Assembly: GCA_964653635.1 (NCBI GenBank)
Contig: CAZZGZ010000004.1
Coordinates: forward strand, 21,718 to 85,717
Length of the DNA stretch: 64,000 nt
Source of the DNA: an uncultured Lachnospiraceae bacterium
Lineage (GTDB): Bacteria; Bacillota; Clostridia; Christensenellales; UBA1242
Direction: 5' to 3'
The notes beneath the pieces were generated by a model that was given only the letters and a program-made list of their open reading frames with translations, made no database searches and was not told where the DNA came from. The translations under genes and the position numbers were made by a program. Positions 9,705 through 21,100 of this stretch are shown piece after piece (within the stretch, counting starts at the first letter, position 1; each line of letters starts with the position of its first letter).

Positions 9705-10364
9705 ATGTGTTTTTTCAATAGTTGTGGTTGCTCTTCATGTTCATCTTGCTCAAGAACAATATTCACAGGCATAACAGGTCCTACAGGTCCTGCTGGCCCA
9801 GTAGGTGCACAGGGTCCAATAGGTCCAACTGGAGTTACTGGTCCAACTGGAGTTACTGGTCCAACTGGAGTTACTGGACCAACTGGAGTTACTGGACCAA
9901 CTGGTGCTACTGGACCAACTGGTGCTACTGGTCCTAGCCCAGTACTTGCATTTGGCGGTATGTATAATTCCGTTATACAAACTGTAGAATTAACTACAGC
10001 TGATACACCAGTACAAATAGCATTTGACACAGCCTTGCCCGTAAATAACGTCACTAAAAGTGCAAATACTTTGATTACTGACGTTGCGGGAACCTATCAA
10101 ATAAATTATAATTTAGTAGCTACACCTTCTGAAGACATGACCCTAACCTCTGTTGTACGTGTAAATGGTGTAACAATTCCTGTTAGTACAATTACAAGAG
10201 CATTGACCGAAGCTACAGAAACTAATCTTAACTCTAATTTTATTGTAACTCTTGTGGCTGGAGATGTTATTGATGTAGCTTTAATATCTTCTGTCGCTGG
10301 TGGTACAGTTTCAATCCCTGCATATGGTGATGCTGTTATTACCATGGATAAGGTCAGCATGTAA
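9705..10364 (+). CDS. collagen-like triple-helix-repeat protein, BclA-type (putative exosporium/spore-surface glycoprotein)
   Basis: 219 aa with three parts: a Cys-rich N-terminus [16 protein letters not shown], 19 uninterrupted G-X-Y triplets (GPT/GVT/GAT), and a 140-aa beta-rich C-terminal domain of BclA-C-like length. An AAAGGAG SD lies 6 nt upstream and a strong terminator lies downstream. Confidence 0.75.
   Translation: MCFFNSCGCSSCSSCSRTIFTGITGPTGPAGPVGAQGPIGPTGVTGPTGVTGPTGVTGPTGVTGPTGATGPTGATGPSPVLAFGGMYNSVIQTVELTTADTPVQIAFDTALPVNNVTKSANTLITDVAGTYQINYNLVATPSEDMTLTSVVRVNGVTIPVSTITRALTEATETNLNSNFIVTLVAGDVIDVALISSVAGGTVSIPAYGDAVITMDKVSM
9822..9929 (+). repeat. 18-bp tandem repeat x6 inside the collagen-like gene
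   Basis: ggtccaactggagttact occurs 3 times, ggaccaactggagttact once and ggaccaactggtgctact twice, head to tail. Each unit encodes GPTGVT or GPTGAT. The whole G-X-Y tract spans 9768-9938. Confidence 0.9.
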
Positions 10365-10383
10365 AATAAGGGTAAAATTAACT

Positions 10384-10413
10384 AAAAAAAGGTGCTTTAT
10401 GCACCTTTTTTTT
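10384..10413. terminator. bidirectional rho-independent terminator (collagen-like gene / rpoC)
   Basis: aaaaaaa-ggtgc-tttat-gcacc-tttttttt. The stem is flanked by an A-tract and a T-tract, and it lies between two convergent genes. Confidence 0.75.
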
Positions 10414-10465
10414 CTATATATTGTAGTATTATGCACATAATATATACTTTATATAGAGCATCTGT

Positions 10466-13400
10466 TTAAATTTCCGTCAAGTTTATTTCGGTAGATAGAT
10501 TATCTTTATTCCCTTGTACTGCAAGTGGAGCAACAGAACGATATTTTTTAAGTCCCGTTCCAGCAGGTATAAGTTTCCCGATTATAACGTTCTCCTTAAT
10601 ACCAACAAGATGATCTACCTTGCCCTTAATAGCTGCATCTGTCAAAACTCTGGATGTTTCCTGGAAGGCAGAAGCGGAAAGAAAACTCTCTGTGGATAGT
10701 GCCGCCTTAGTAATACCATATAAAACTCTTTTTGCACTCGCTGGCACTCCACCTGCACGCAATACTCTGTCATTTTCTTCTTCACATTTAGAAACCTCAA
10801 CAATTTCACCAGTAAGAAGATTAGTGTCTCCCGCATCCTCAATTTTAACTTTTTTAAGCATTTGACGAATGATAATCTCGACATGCTTATCATTAACTGT
10901 AACACCTTGACTTCTATAAACTGCAATAACTTGAGTTAACAAGTAATCCTGAAGACCTTTAATTCCTTTCGTACGAAGAAGATCAGAAGGATTTATTGAG
11001 CCAACAGTTAGAGCAGTACCACTTTCAATCGCATCACCATTTTTAACTAGCAATACTGCAGGTTTTTTAACTTCATATGATACTTCGCCATCATTAGAAT
11101 TTGATATTGTAATTGTATAGAATTTTGCATCTTCAGCAATTTTAACTTTGCCAGAAATCTCTGCAAGAGCTGCTTCCCCTTTTGGTTTTCTTGCTTCAAA
11201 TATCTCTTCAACACGAGGAAGACCTTGTGTTATATCTGCAGTAGCTGCTGAACCACCTGTGTGGAAAGTTCTCATAGTAAGCTGCGTCCCTGGCTCACCT
11301 ATTGATTGTGCAGCAATTATTCCAACCGGCTCGCCTATGCACACCATATCCTTGTTTGCCATGTTTCTGCCATAGCATTTTGCACAAACGCCATGCTTAG
11401 CACGACATGTGAGTAAAGATCGAATTTTAACTGATTTAATACCAATTTTTTCAATAAATTCAGCTTGTGGCTTAGAAATCATTTCATTTGCCTTTACAAT
11501 TACTTCTTTAGTCTTAGGGTTGATAACATCATTTGCAACAACTCTACCATAAATTCTCTCTGAAAGACGCTCCTGCACAACTCCATCAACTACTAAATCA
11601 GATACTTCAACACCTTTAACTTGCTCACCATTATCAGCAAAACAATCATCTGTCGTCACAACAACTTCTTGCGCAATATCTACAAGACGACGTGTCAAAT
11701 AACCAGAATCGGCAGTTTTGAGTGCTGTATCAGACAAACCTTTACGTGAACCACGTGAATTTATGAAAAATTCAATAGGAGTAAGTCCTTTTTTAAATGA
11801 AGCTTTTATAGGTGTATCAACCTTTTGACCAGAAGCATTTGACTTCAAGCCAATCATACCCGCTGTTGAATTAAGCTGTTGATTAGTACCACGTGCTCCT
11901 GACAAAACCATAAGACGGAAAGGATTGAAATCTGAAATGGATTTGATAAGTGCATTTTCGACATCCTTCCACGCCTTATCCCATATTTCGCAATTTGAAG
12001 TTAATTTTTCATCGAGCGAAATAAGTCCACGACGCAAAAGTTTTTCGTTTTCCTGAACTTTTACTTCTGCTTCTTCTATTATAGCTTTCTTCTCTTTAGG
12101 TTCTGAAATATCATACGCATTAACAGTTACCGCAGCTAATGTAGAATATTTGTAACCAAGTTGCTTAATTCTGTCAACTATCATAGCTGTTTCAGTAGTT
12201 CCATATTTGTCATATGTTTTATTGACAATTTTTTTGAGATCAATACCACCTTTAAATACTGGCTCATTAATTTCAAGTTTACATATATTTTCTTCTTTTG
12301 TTCTATCCACAAATCCTAAATCTTGTGGTATTGCTTCATTGAAAATAATTCTGCCTATAGACGTTTTTATCCTTTCACTATACTTTTCGCCATAGACTTC
12401 TTTATTAATTCTAACTTCTATCTCTGCTTGAGTTGCTATTTTATCAGTCGCATAGGCAATCTTAGCTTCTTCAACTGAAGAGAAAAACATTCCCTCCCCT
12501 TTAGCTCCTGGTTTAATCAATGTCAAATAATAACAACCCAATACAACGTCTTGCTTTGGTACGACAATAGGTTCACCATCAGCCAACTTTAATATATTAC
12601 CAGATGCAAGCATCAATGTCCTAGCTTCAGTTCTTGCATCAATAGAGAGCGGAACATGAACTGCCATTTGGTCACCATCGAAGTCAGCATTAAATGCTTC
12701 GCACACAAGAGGATGAAGTTTTATAGCACGCCCCTCTACTAATACTGGCTCAAATGCCTGAATAGATAATCTATGAAGAGTTGGTGCACGATTTAGCATT
12801 ACTGGATGATCTTTAATAACATCTGAAAGTATGTCCCATACAATAGGTTTCTCTCGTTCAATCATACGCTTGGCAGTTTTTATGTTATTTGATTGATTGA
12901 GTTCTACAAGCCTATTAATTATAAAAGGTTTGAAAAGCTCAAGTGCCATTTCTTTAGGCAACCCACATTGATAGAGTTTGAGTTCTGGTCCTACAACGAT
13001 AACAGATCGCCCTGAAAAATCCACACGTTTACCAAGTAAGTTTTGGCGGAAACGTCCTTGCTTACCTGAAAGCATGGCAGATAAAGATTTTAAATCTCTA
13101 GACTTGCTACCTTGTACAGCACGTCCATGCTTACCATTATCAATAAGGTTGTCAACAGCCTCTTGAAGCATACGCTTTTCATTACGTACTATCACCTCAG
13201 GAGCACCTAACTCTATGAGTTTCTTCAAACGATTATTTCGGTTAATAACACGTCGATATAAATCGTTTAAGTCTGAAGTTGCATACCTACCACCATCAAT
13301 GGGTACCATTGGTCGCAAATCAGGTGGTATAACAGGAATGACATCTAATACCATCCAAGTTGGATTGTTTCCACTTTGTATGAAACTTTCAACAACTTCA

Positions 13401-14032
13401 AGTTTTTTCGCCGCTTTTATTTTTTTCTGTCCTTTAAAATTTTTAACATCCTCTTTTAAGGTCTCACTCTCTTTTTTCAAATCCACATCGGCAAGCAACT
13501 TCTTAATAGCTTCGGCACCCATAAAAGCCTCAAAATTCCCATACCCATATTTCTCGATTGCCTCACGATACTCTTTATCATTTAGAACCTGCTTATATTC
13601 TAAATCAGTCTTTTTAGGATCTGTAACAATATAATTTACGTAATAAACAACAGATTCTAAGACTTTCGGAGTAAGATCTAAAAGTGTTCCAATTCTGGAC
13701 GGTATAGTACGAAGATACCAAAGATGTGTAACTGGACACGCAAGTTCAATATGCCCCATTCTCTCTCTACGAACCTTAGAACGAGTAACTTCAACACCGC
13801 ATTTATCACAGACTACGCCACGATAACGTATTCTTTTATACTTACCACAATGGCATTCCCAGTCTTTTTTAGGTCCAAAAATCTTCTCACAAAACAAACC
13901 ATCTTTCTCAGGCTTTTGTGTACGGTAGTTAATAGTTTCTGGTTTTGTAACTTCACCATGTGACCACTCACGTATTTTTTCAGGTGAAGCAATTCCGATT
14001 TTGATTTTTTCAAAATTGCTAAGTTCAAACAT
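10466..14032 (-). CDS. rpoC: DNA-directed RNA polymerase subunit beta'
   Basis: 1188 aa with the zinc motif [23 protein letters not shown], the catalytic [12 protein letters not shown] motif and the trigger-loop region. Confidence 0.97.
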   Translation of the reverse strand: MFELSNFEKIKIGIASPEKIREWSHGEVTKPETINYRTQKPEKDGLFCEKIFGPKKDWECHCGKYKRIRYRGVVCDKCGVEVTRSKVRRERMGHIELACPVTHLWYLRTIPSRIGTLLDLTPKVLESVVYYVNYIVTDPKKTDLEYKQVLNDKEYREAIEKYGYGNFEAFMGAEAIKKLLADVDLKKESETLKEDVKNFKGQKKIKAAKKLEVVESFIQSGNNPTWMVLDVIPVIPPDLRPMVPIDGGRYATSDLNDLYRRVINRNNRLKKLIELGAPEVIVRNEKRMLQEAVDNLIDNGKHGRAVQGSKSRDLKSLSAMLSGKQGRFRQNLLGKRVDFSGRSVIVVGPELKLYQCGLPKEMALELFKPFIINRLVELNQSNNIKTAKRMIEREKPIVWDILSDVIKDHPVMLNRAPTLHRLSIQAFEPVLVEGRAIKLHPLVCEAFNADFDGDQMAVHVPLSIDARTEARTLMLASGNILKLADGEPIVVPKQDVVLGCYYLTLIKPGAKGEGMFFSSVEEAKIAYATDKIATQAEIEVRINKEVYGEKYSERIKTSIGRIIFNEAIPQDLGFVDRTKEENICKLEINEPVFKGGIDLKKIVNKTYDKYGTTETAMIVDRIKQLGYKYSTLAAVTVNAYDISEPKEKKAIIEEAEVKVQENEKLLRRGLISLDEKLTSNCEIWDKAWKDVENALIKSISDFNPFRLMVLSGARGTNQQLNSTAGMIGLKSNASGQKVDTPIKASFKKGLTPIEFFINSRGSRKGLSDTALKTADSGYLTRRLVDIAQEVVVTTDDCFADNGEQVKGVEVSDLVVDGVVQERLSERIYGRVVANDVINPKTKEVIVKANEMISKPQAEFIEKIGIKSVKIRSLLTCRAKHGVCAKCYGRNMANKDMVCIGEPVGIIAAQSIGEPGTQLTMRTFHTGGSAATADITQGLPRVEEIFEARKPKGEAALAEISGKVKIAEDAKFYTITISNSNDGEVSYEVKKPAVLLVKNGDAIESGTALTVGSINPSDLLRTKGIKGLQDYLLTQVIAVYRSQGVTVNDKHVEIIIRQMLKKVKIEDAGDTNLLTGEIVEVSKCEEENDRVLRAGGVPASAKRVLYGITKAALSTESFLSASAFQETSRVLTDAAIKGKVDHLVGIKENVIIGKLIPAGTGLKKYRSVAPLAVQGNKDNLSTEINLTEI

Positions 14033-14049
14033 AATTTTCTCCTTTTAAT

Positions 14050-17000
14050 CTACTCATCAAAGTCACCAAGGTCATCGAACAAATCAATATCATCGTAAGC
14101 CTTATTAGATTCTTCTTCAAATTCTTTGGATATTTCATCTGAAATGTCATTATCAGTCTTAATATTCTCTATCATCTCATCCACATCAAGCACTTTTTTG
14201 ATGTCGCTTTCAGTTTCTAGAGCTATGTTTGGCACTTGATCTTGATCATCTTGTGATAATTCGGCCAGTGAGATTTCTTTATCATTAGCTGTAAGAATTT
14301 TAATATCAAGCCCAAGTGCTTGTAGTTCTTTCACTAATACTTTAAAAGATTCTGGGATTCCCGGTTCAGCTATAGGCTGTCCTTTAACAATACTTTCATA
14401 GGTTTTTACTCTTCCAACCACATCATCCGACTTGACAGTCAGCATCTCTTGAAGAACATGAGATGCACCATATCCCTCAATAGCCCAAACTTCCATTTCG
14501 CCAAGACGTTGTCCACCAAATAGGGATTTACCACCGAGTGGTTGTTGAGTTATAAGTGAATATGGACCAGTAGAACGAGCATGGATTTTGCTATCCACCA
14601 TATGGTTAAGTTTCAGCATGTACTTCGTGCCTATTGTAGTTTTATTTTCAAAAGGTTCTCCAGTTCTTCCATCATAAAGTTGAACTTTACCATCAGCTGG
14701 AAAATTATTTTCTACTAAAAGTTCTTGAATCTCTTCTGGAGTAGCTCCATCAAAGGCAGGAGTTGCCACTTTCCATCCAAGTGATCCAGCTACAAGACCA
14801 AGATGTACTTCAAGTACTTGTCCTAAATTCATACGTGAAGGTACTCCAAGTGGATTCAAAACTAAATCTAGTGGACGCCCATTTGCCATAAATGGCATAT
14901 CCGCTTCGGGCATCACTATTGAAACAACTCCTTTATTACCATAACGACCTGCCATTTTATCACCAACAGACAATTTACGTTTTTGAGCAATGGTTACTTT
15001 AACAAGCTCATTTACGCCTGGTTCTAGTTCATCTTTGTTGGCTCTTGAGAATTTTTGAACATCAACTACTACACCGCCAGCACCATGGTCAACTCGCAAA
15101 GAAACATCTCTAACCTCACGTGCTTTTTCCCCAAAAATAGCACGTAATAATCTCTCTTCTGGAGTGAGGTCAGCTTCCCCCTTAGGTGCTACTTTACCAA
15201 CTAAAATATCTCCTGTTCTAACCTCAGAACCTACCCTAATAATGCCATTTTCATCAAGATTTTTAAGTGCCTCATCGCCTAGATTTGGAATATCACGAGT
15301 GATAATTTCATCACCTAATTTTGTCGATCGACTCTTAAGTTCTGATACCATTAACGTTATAGAGGTAAATACATCATCATGTACTAAACGCTCATTTATT
15401 AAAATAGCATCTTCATAGTTATAACCTTCCCAGTTCATGTATCCTACAAGCACATTCTTCCCAAGAGCAAGTTCTCCGTTCTGAGTTGAATAACCATCAA
15501 TTATTGTATCACCTGCCTTAACCCTTTCTCCTTTAACGACACAAGGTTTTTGATTAAAGCATGTTTCATCATTTGTCTTATCGAATTTTATTAATTCATA
15601 AGTGTCTATTTCACCTTTATCTGTTTTGATTTTAACTATGTCTGCAGAAACATAACAAACAACGCCATCATGTTTTGCTAGTACTACACAACCACTATCA
15701 TGAGCAGTTTTGTATTCCATTCCTGTTCCAACTACTGGGCTTTCTGCACGTAGAAGAGGGACTGCCTGACGTTGCATATTTGCACCCATCAATGCACGAT
15801 TTCCCTCATTAGATGCAAGGAATGGAATTAAAGATGTAACGACTGACACAAGCTGACGTGGGGAAACATCCATATAGTCAACCATAGTTTTTGGCACAGT
15901 TGTTATGATATCACGATACCTACAAACAATTCTATCATTAACAAACCTACCCTGCTCATCAAGAGGTTCAATAGCTTGTGCAATATAGCAAGTGTCCTCT
16001 ACATCAGCCATTTTGTATTCACAAACCTTAGATACAATTCCAGTTGCCTTATCAACCTTTCTGTATGGAGTTTCAAGGAAACCATACTCATTAATTTCAA
16101 CATATGATGCTAGTGTATTTACCAGCCCAATTGACTGCCCTTCTGGAGTTTCAACAGGACAAATTCTACCATAGTTTGTGTAGTGAATATCACGGATTTC
16201 AGCATCTGCCCTTTCTCTTTTTACACCACCAGGTCCAAGTGCTGAAATTTTACGTTTTTGCGTAAGTCCAGAAACAGGATTGACTTGATCCATAATATGT
16301 GAAAATTGTGACGAAGCAATAAAATCACGCATTGCCTTATTCACAGCCTTAGGATTTACAATTTGAGAAGGCGTCACCTGAGAAAGCTCTTTGCCTTGCA
16401 ATGTTTCACGAACATTTGCGACAAGTTTGTTTATACCTGAACGAAAACTATCATAGAAAAGTTCCCCAACTGTTGCAATTCGCTTGTTTGACAAATGTTC
16501 AAGTTTGTCCACGCCAGCAATATCTTCAAGTACATCAAGATAAGCACTTATAGATGCTAAGATATCATCCATTGTAAGAGTTGTAATAATGAGTTCTTTT
16601 GCATTGGCCATAATAGCTTCTCTGCGTTTCTCTTTAGTTTTGTTTTCTTTGAGAATTTGCATCAATGTTGGATAATATACTTCCTCGGTAATCCCTAATT
16701 CTTTTTCGTCACAAGGAAAAATTGCTGAAAGGCGGACACGATTATTACCACGAATTAAATGTTTTTTGCCATTGACTTCAACATATACCTCATTTACTCC
16801 TGCATCTTGTATCTTCCTTGCAAGATCTGCGGTAAACAATTCACCTGCATGTGCAAAAATTTCACCATCAATCGAAACATCTTCTGCTGCTGTAAGACCT
16901 GTGATACGACGAGCTAGCGATAACTTTTTATTGAGATTGTATCTGCCGACTCTTGAAAGGTTATACCATTGATCAGAGAAAAATTGAAGATTTAAGTATG

Positions 17001-17754
17001 TTCTAGTTGTTTCAGCAGATGGAACATCTGTTGGACGGGTTTTTCTCGCATACTCAAGCAATGCTTCTTCTTGCGTGGTTTGAACTTCACGATCAAGCAC
17101 TTGATTTATTAAGCGATTATTTCCAAATAGTGCCTTGATTTCAGAATTTGAATATCCAAAACACTTTAAAAACACGCCTAGCGTCACCTTATCTTTGCGA
17201 TTTACAATGACCCTCAACACCTCATTAGCACCTTGTTCATATTCGAGATACATTCCACGCTTTGGAATCATTGTGCCAATAAGTGTTGAATTATCATTAT
17301 TTTTCTCTCTTTGAAGATAGAAATTTGGAGATTTAATAATTTGCGACATTATAATTCTTTCCACGCCATTATATACGAAAGAACAATCCTCTGTCATAAG
17401 AGGAATATCTCCTAAAAACACTTCCTGTTCTACCGCCTGCCCAGTTTCCTCAACAACAAAACGGGTGTTTACTCTAAGGGGAGCAAGTAATGACCCACTC
17501 CTTCTCTTACACTCCCTTTTATCCTTTGGAGTAGAATCTAAGTGTATATCCAAAAAATATAGCTTTGCCTTACCACTATAGTCGACAATAGGCGAAAACT
17601 CTTGAAGAACTTCATTAATCCCATGATTAATAAAATTATCATATGATTCCTTTTGTAATTTTAAAAGTGGTGGTACCTGAAGCAAAGGTTCATGCTTTGC
17701 AAAAGATTTTCTTTCCACTTTACCATACTTAACCGTTTTGATATTGACAGCCAT
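14050..17754 (-). CDS. rpoB: DNA-directed RNA polymerase subunit beta
   Basis: 1234 aa with SQFSHIMDQVNPVS (the rifampicin region), GDKMAGRYGNKGVVS and the LGEMEVWA-type EMEVWAIE motif. It has a long acidic C-terminal tail. A GGAGAAG SD lies upstream. Confidence 0.97.
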   Translation of the reverse strand: MAVNIKTVKYGKVERKSFAKHEPLLQVPPLLKLQKESYDNFINHGINEVLQEFSPIVDYSGKAKLYFLDIHLDSTPKDKRECKRRSGSLLAPLRVNTRFVVEETGQAVEQEVFLGDIPLMTEDCSFVYNGVERIIMSQIIKSPNFYLQREKNNDNSTLIGTMIPKRGMYLEYEQGANEVLRVIVNRKDKVTLGVFLKCFGYSNSEIKALFGNNRLINQVLDREVQTTQEEALLEYARKTRPTDVPSAETTRTYLNLQFFSDQWYNLSRVGRYNLNKKLSLARRITGLTAAEDVSIDGEIFAHAGELFTADLARKIQDAGVNEVYVEVNGKKHLIRGNNRVRLSAIFPCDEKELGITEEVYYPTLMQILKENKTKEKRREAIMANAKELIITTLTMDDILASISAYLDVLEDIAGVDKLEHLSNKRIATVGELFYDSFRSGINKLVANVRETLQGKELSQVTPSQIVNPKAVNKAMRDFIASSQFSHIMDQVNPVSGLTQKRKISALGPGGVKRERADAEIRDIHYTNYGRICPVETPEGQSIGLVNTLASYVEINEYGFLETPYRKVDKATGIVSKVCEYKMADVEDTCYIAQAIEPLDEQGRFVNDRIVCRYRDIITTVPKTMVDYMDVSPRQLVSVVTSLIPFLASNEGNRALMGANMQRQAVPLLRAESPVVGTGMEYKTAHDSGCVVLAKHDGVVCYVSADIVKIKTDKGEIDTYELIKFDKTNDETCFNQKPCVVKGERVKAGDTIIDGYSTQNGELALGKNVLVGYMNWEGYNYEDAILINERLVHDDVFTSITLMVSELKSRSTKLGDEIITRDIPNLGDEALKNLDENGIIRVGSEVRTGDILVGKVAPKGEADLTPEERLLRAIFGEKAREVRDVSLRVDHGAGGVVVDVQKFSRANKDELEPGVNELVKVTIAQKRKLSVGDKMAGRYGNKGVVSIVMPEADMPFMANGRPLDLVLNPLGVPSRMNLGQVLEVHLGLVAGSLGWKVATPAFDGATPEEIQELLVENNFPADGKVQLYDGRTGEPFENKTTIGTKYMLKLNHMVDSKIHARSTGPYSLITQQPLGGKSLFGGQRLGEMEVWAIEGYGASHVLQEMLTVKSDDVVGRVKTYESIVKGQPIAEPGIPESFKVLVKELQALGLDIKILTANDKEISLAELSQDDQDQVPNIALETESDIKKVLDVDEMIENIKTDNDISDEISKEFEEESNKAYDDIDLFDDLGDFDE

Positions 17755-17784
17755 ACTCTTCTCCTTTTTCTATGGTTTAAAGAC

Positions 17785-17828
17785 AAAAAAAGGGAAAAGA
17801 TGACGCAGTAGCCCCACCTTATTCCCTT
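17785..17828 (-). terminator. terminator-like hairpin plus U-tract inside the rpoB 5' leader (putative attenuator)
   Basis: On minus-strand RNA, the arms aagggaa-t-aaggtgg / tcatctt-ttccctt pair (17828-17814 / 17803-17790). This gives 7 bp, a bulge, then 7 bp including two G-U pairs that exist only on this strand. TTTTT-G follows (a T7 run counting the stem end). The hairpin ends about 30 nt before the rpoB ATG and lies downstream of the promoter at 17885-17913. Confidence 0.5.
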
Positions 17829-17884
17829 CGGTTTTTAGTTATATAATTCCTTTAAATTTGCCATAACCGATTTTCAATCATTAT

Positions 17885-17913
17885 AGTATATCAATTTATT
17901 TAGCAAAAGTCAA
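17885..17913 (-). promoter_or_regulatory. sigma-A-type promoter for rpoB-rpoC
   Basis: On the minus strand: TTGACT (17913-17908), an exact 17-nt spacer, then TATACT (17890-17885). An A-rich tract lies upstream. Confidence 0.6.
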
Positions 17914-18101
17914 GTTTTTTTTGAAAAAAATTTCATAAATTATTATTTACAACATCTTTTTCGGCAAAACAGGTACGAAATTGAGCTATTTCGATAGTCA
18001 AAAGCAAAGGTTTATTCATGATTTTTGTACTTTATTTAATTTATGCCCACCATGTTAATATTTATAACACATTATTTTTAAAAATCAAAATATTTTACAT
18101 T

Positions 18102-21100
18102 TTATTCAATCACTCCGAGAATGTACAGAGTAAGACTACAATTTGATACCTTTGTCCCCATAGTATTTTCGAATGTTCTTGTATAAAAACTAATAACACT
18201 CAACGTATAATTAGCATAAAGATTTTCAAGTTCCTCTTTCTGCTCATCGTCTAAGTCTTCAGATAAGTATGAAAATGATAACGTTTCGCCTATTTCATTA
18301 ACCAAGGTAGCCGTTGAAACATTAGACATGTCTTCACTTGTCGCTCGAACAGCAAAACTAGAAATTCTAACCTCACTTCCAGTAGTTGTTTCTACCTGCA
18401 ACGTACCTTTTGAATTAATAGATGTGTCGTAATAACCAACGATTGTACCTATTGCATTGTTAATATTATCGCTGTTGGTATAGTTTTGAATGGTAATATC
18501 ACAAGCAACAAGATAGTTTGCAATTTTTAATTGATTTGCACCAGAAATTTCAAGATATCCAATAATTCCACCAACACTTACAACTCCAGTAATCTTGCCT
18601 CTTTGATTTAGAGAGACGTTGATATGATTTCCATTCCCATCTATGGTCACATTTTTATCAGTCGATATTTTACCCACAAGGCCTCCAACATTTCTGTACC
18701 CTGTGATTGAACAATCAATACTTACAGAACTAATAGTAATCTGCGAAGTAACGGTTTCAATAGCACCTATTGCACCACCTACACTAGTAATTCCCTTACT
18801 ATTAGTATATTCCGATAGTGAAAAACTTTGTGTATTAGAACTTTCGCTTAACGAACCGCCACTCATCAATCCCACTATTCCACCGACCGCTGAAGCCACA
18901 GTTGTATCTTTTCTAAATAAGTCTGTAATCGAATATCCCGTTCCGAGTACATTTACTTGGCTTACAATCCCTGCACTTTCACCTATCGCTAATCCTGCAT
19001 AATGATAAGCCTTGATATAACCTTCATTACTAATATTAACATTAACATTCGAAACTGTAACACTTGAACCTACACCACCTATTGCAAAACCGACTTTGCC
19101 ACCAAGTACAATAGTCACACCAGATGTCATGATGTTTTGAACTGTTCCAGCACCTATACATGCACCTATAATACCCCCTGCGTAGGACATATTAGAATAT
19201 GATGATGTCAAAGTATTAGATGCCTCACTTGCAGTTTGTTCTTTTGCACTGACACTAATATTTGATGATAGATTTTTTATCTTATAAACACCTGTCGCAA
19301 GCCCCACAATACCACCAACAATATTCTGTCCAGAAATCTGTACATCTTGAGAGGTGTTGACATTTATGCTGATATTATAAAGATTTCCATACTCAAGCTT
19401 ACCCACTACACCACCTGCAATTTGAGCATAATTGTATGCCAAATTTCCAGTTGGAGATAGTGTCAAATTCATCAATGTACCCGTTTTTACGGAGGAATTA
19501 CCTATCCTCCCAATGAATCCCGCAAATTCTATGTTTTCAGATACAACCGTGCTATAACCACTAATAGTCATTCCGTTCCCTTCTATAATGCCCACAATAG
19601 TGGTCTTATAAAGATTTGTGCTTGTCACACCATATTCATCGTCATCATAGTCAATATTTGCGATAATTCTATAATTTTTTGAATTATAACCTAGCGAATT
19701 GTTATTTTCTAATATCTTATCCTCAAGCTCCATAGCATTGCTTACAAGAATTGGATTATAGGCACTTCCGAATATTTCGCTTGAAGATGAATATGTATAT
19801 ACTCTAACAACATCAGTATAACCAGTCTCAGAATCATAAACTTCATTTGTTGAAATCAACTCTTTTTGCGAAAAAGCAATCATGTTTGGAGCAACTAATT
19901 CAAGTCTCGTTGGTGCAAAAGTTATGCCTTTCATATAAGTTCCATCCGCAGCCCCTGAATTAGTATAAAACCATACTGATGATGACGTTACACTTTGCGA
20001 ATAGACGAAGTTTACAAAATAAGTTTCAAAACTAGATGTATATTCGTCAGGCACATCCCCTTGCATCATAAAATCATACTTGCTTATACCTAAAACGCCT
20101 TCCATATCTTTATCCGAAATGGCGGTATTTAGACTATTCTCAGAATCAATGATATAGAAGCAATCCTTTAAAACTGCCGAGGACAAATCAACTAAAGATA
20201 CATCCTGATTAGATTTGTCATAATATCTCGTAAATCCATAACTCGAATCACGATTATTCCTAAGTGAACTAAGCGAGAAACATCTTTCGACAGTCCCTGT
20301 ATTAGTGTAAACAAAACCTGCCATATCTGTGGACCCTTGTAATACTAAATTTGAATAGCAATCATATATATTCCCTTTATTATTGTAATAAGCAAAACCA
20401 GCACAATAATAAGATGTTTTTATATAACTATCATTGCCATCATAGTAAATTTCACTTCCAACACCGCCGGATGTGTAACTAGTTATTATTGTTCCGTTTG
20501 AGTTTTCAACAACAAATCCCGCTACAACAGCTCTAGATGCGCCATCCTTAACAATTTTACCCGACTGAAAATATGAGCTTGCAATAGTCCCCTCATTAAC
20601 ACCGACAACTCCTGCTATATTTACCGTTGAATACAAATTTGCTTTTACTCTTGAATTTGTAATTGTACCATCGGTTGTATTAACACCCACAAGCCCTGCA
20701 ACATATGACGAAGTGGATGCCGTCTCATTTGTAACGGAAAGAGCAACGAGTGTATTATCAAAGGCAACCTCACAATTTGAAATAATGCCGGAATTTTCAC
20801 CAACTAACACTCCAAAATTAAAAGTTTCCTCTGTGGCGTTAATTATCACGTTATTTTTTATTTTTATGGTCAGATTAGTCAAAACTTGATTTTCGCTAAG
20901 TTCACTAAAAATACCTATATTTGTCCCATCGAAATTGTACTCTCCCGACAAAATTAAACTATACCCATTGCCATCTAAACTTGAAAAGTAAGGTGTGATA
21001 CAGGAGTATGAAGATTCCGCAGTAGCATCTGGCAAAGTTATATCATTTAATAAGATGTAATTATAATTCCCGCCATTAGCCAATTTCAAAAAGTCGCTAT

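Noticed and set aside
9677-10054. Antisense and alternate-frame ORFs across the collagen repeat: 9677-10054 (minus strand, 'GPVAPVGPV' protein), 9722-9937 (plus strand) and 9750-9980 (minus strand).
   Set aside because: - They are artefacts of the G-X-Y coding repeat, which keeps all frames open.
- Only the plus-strand frame at 9705 has an SD, a sensible N-terminus and C-terminus, and a downstream terminator.
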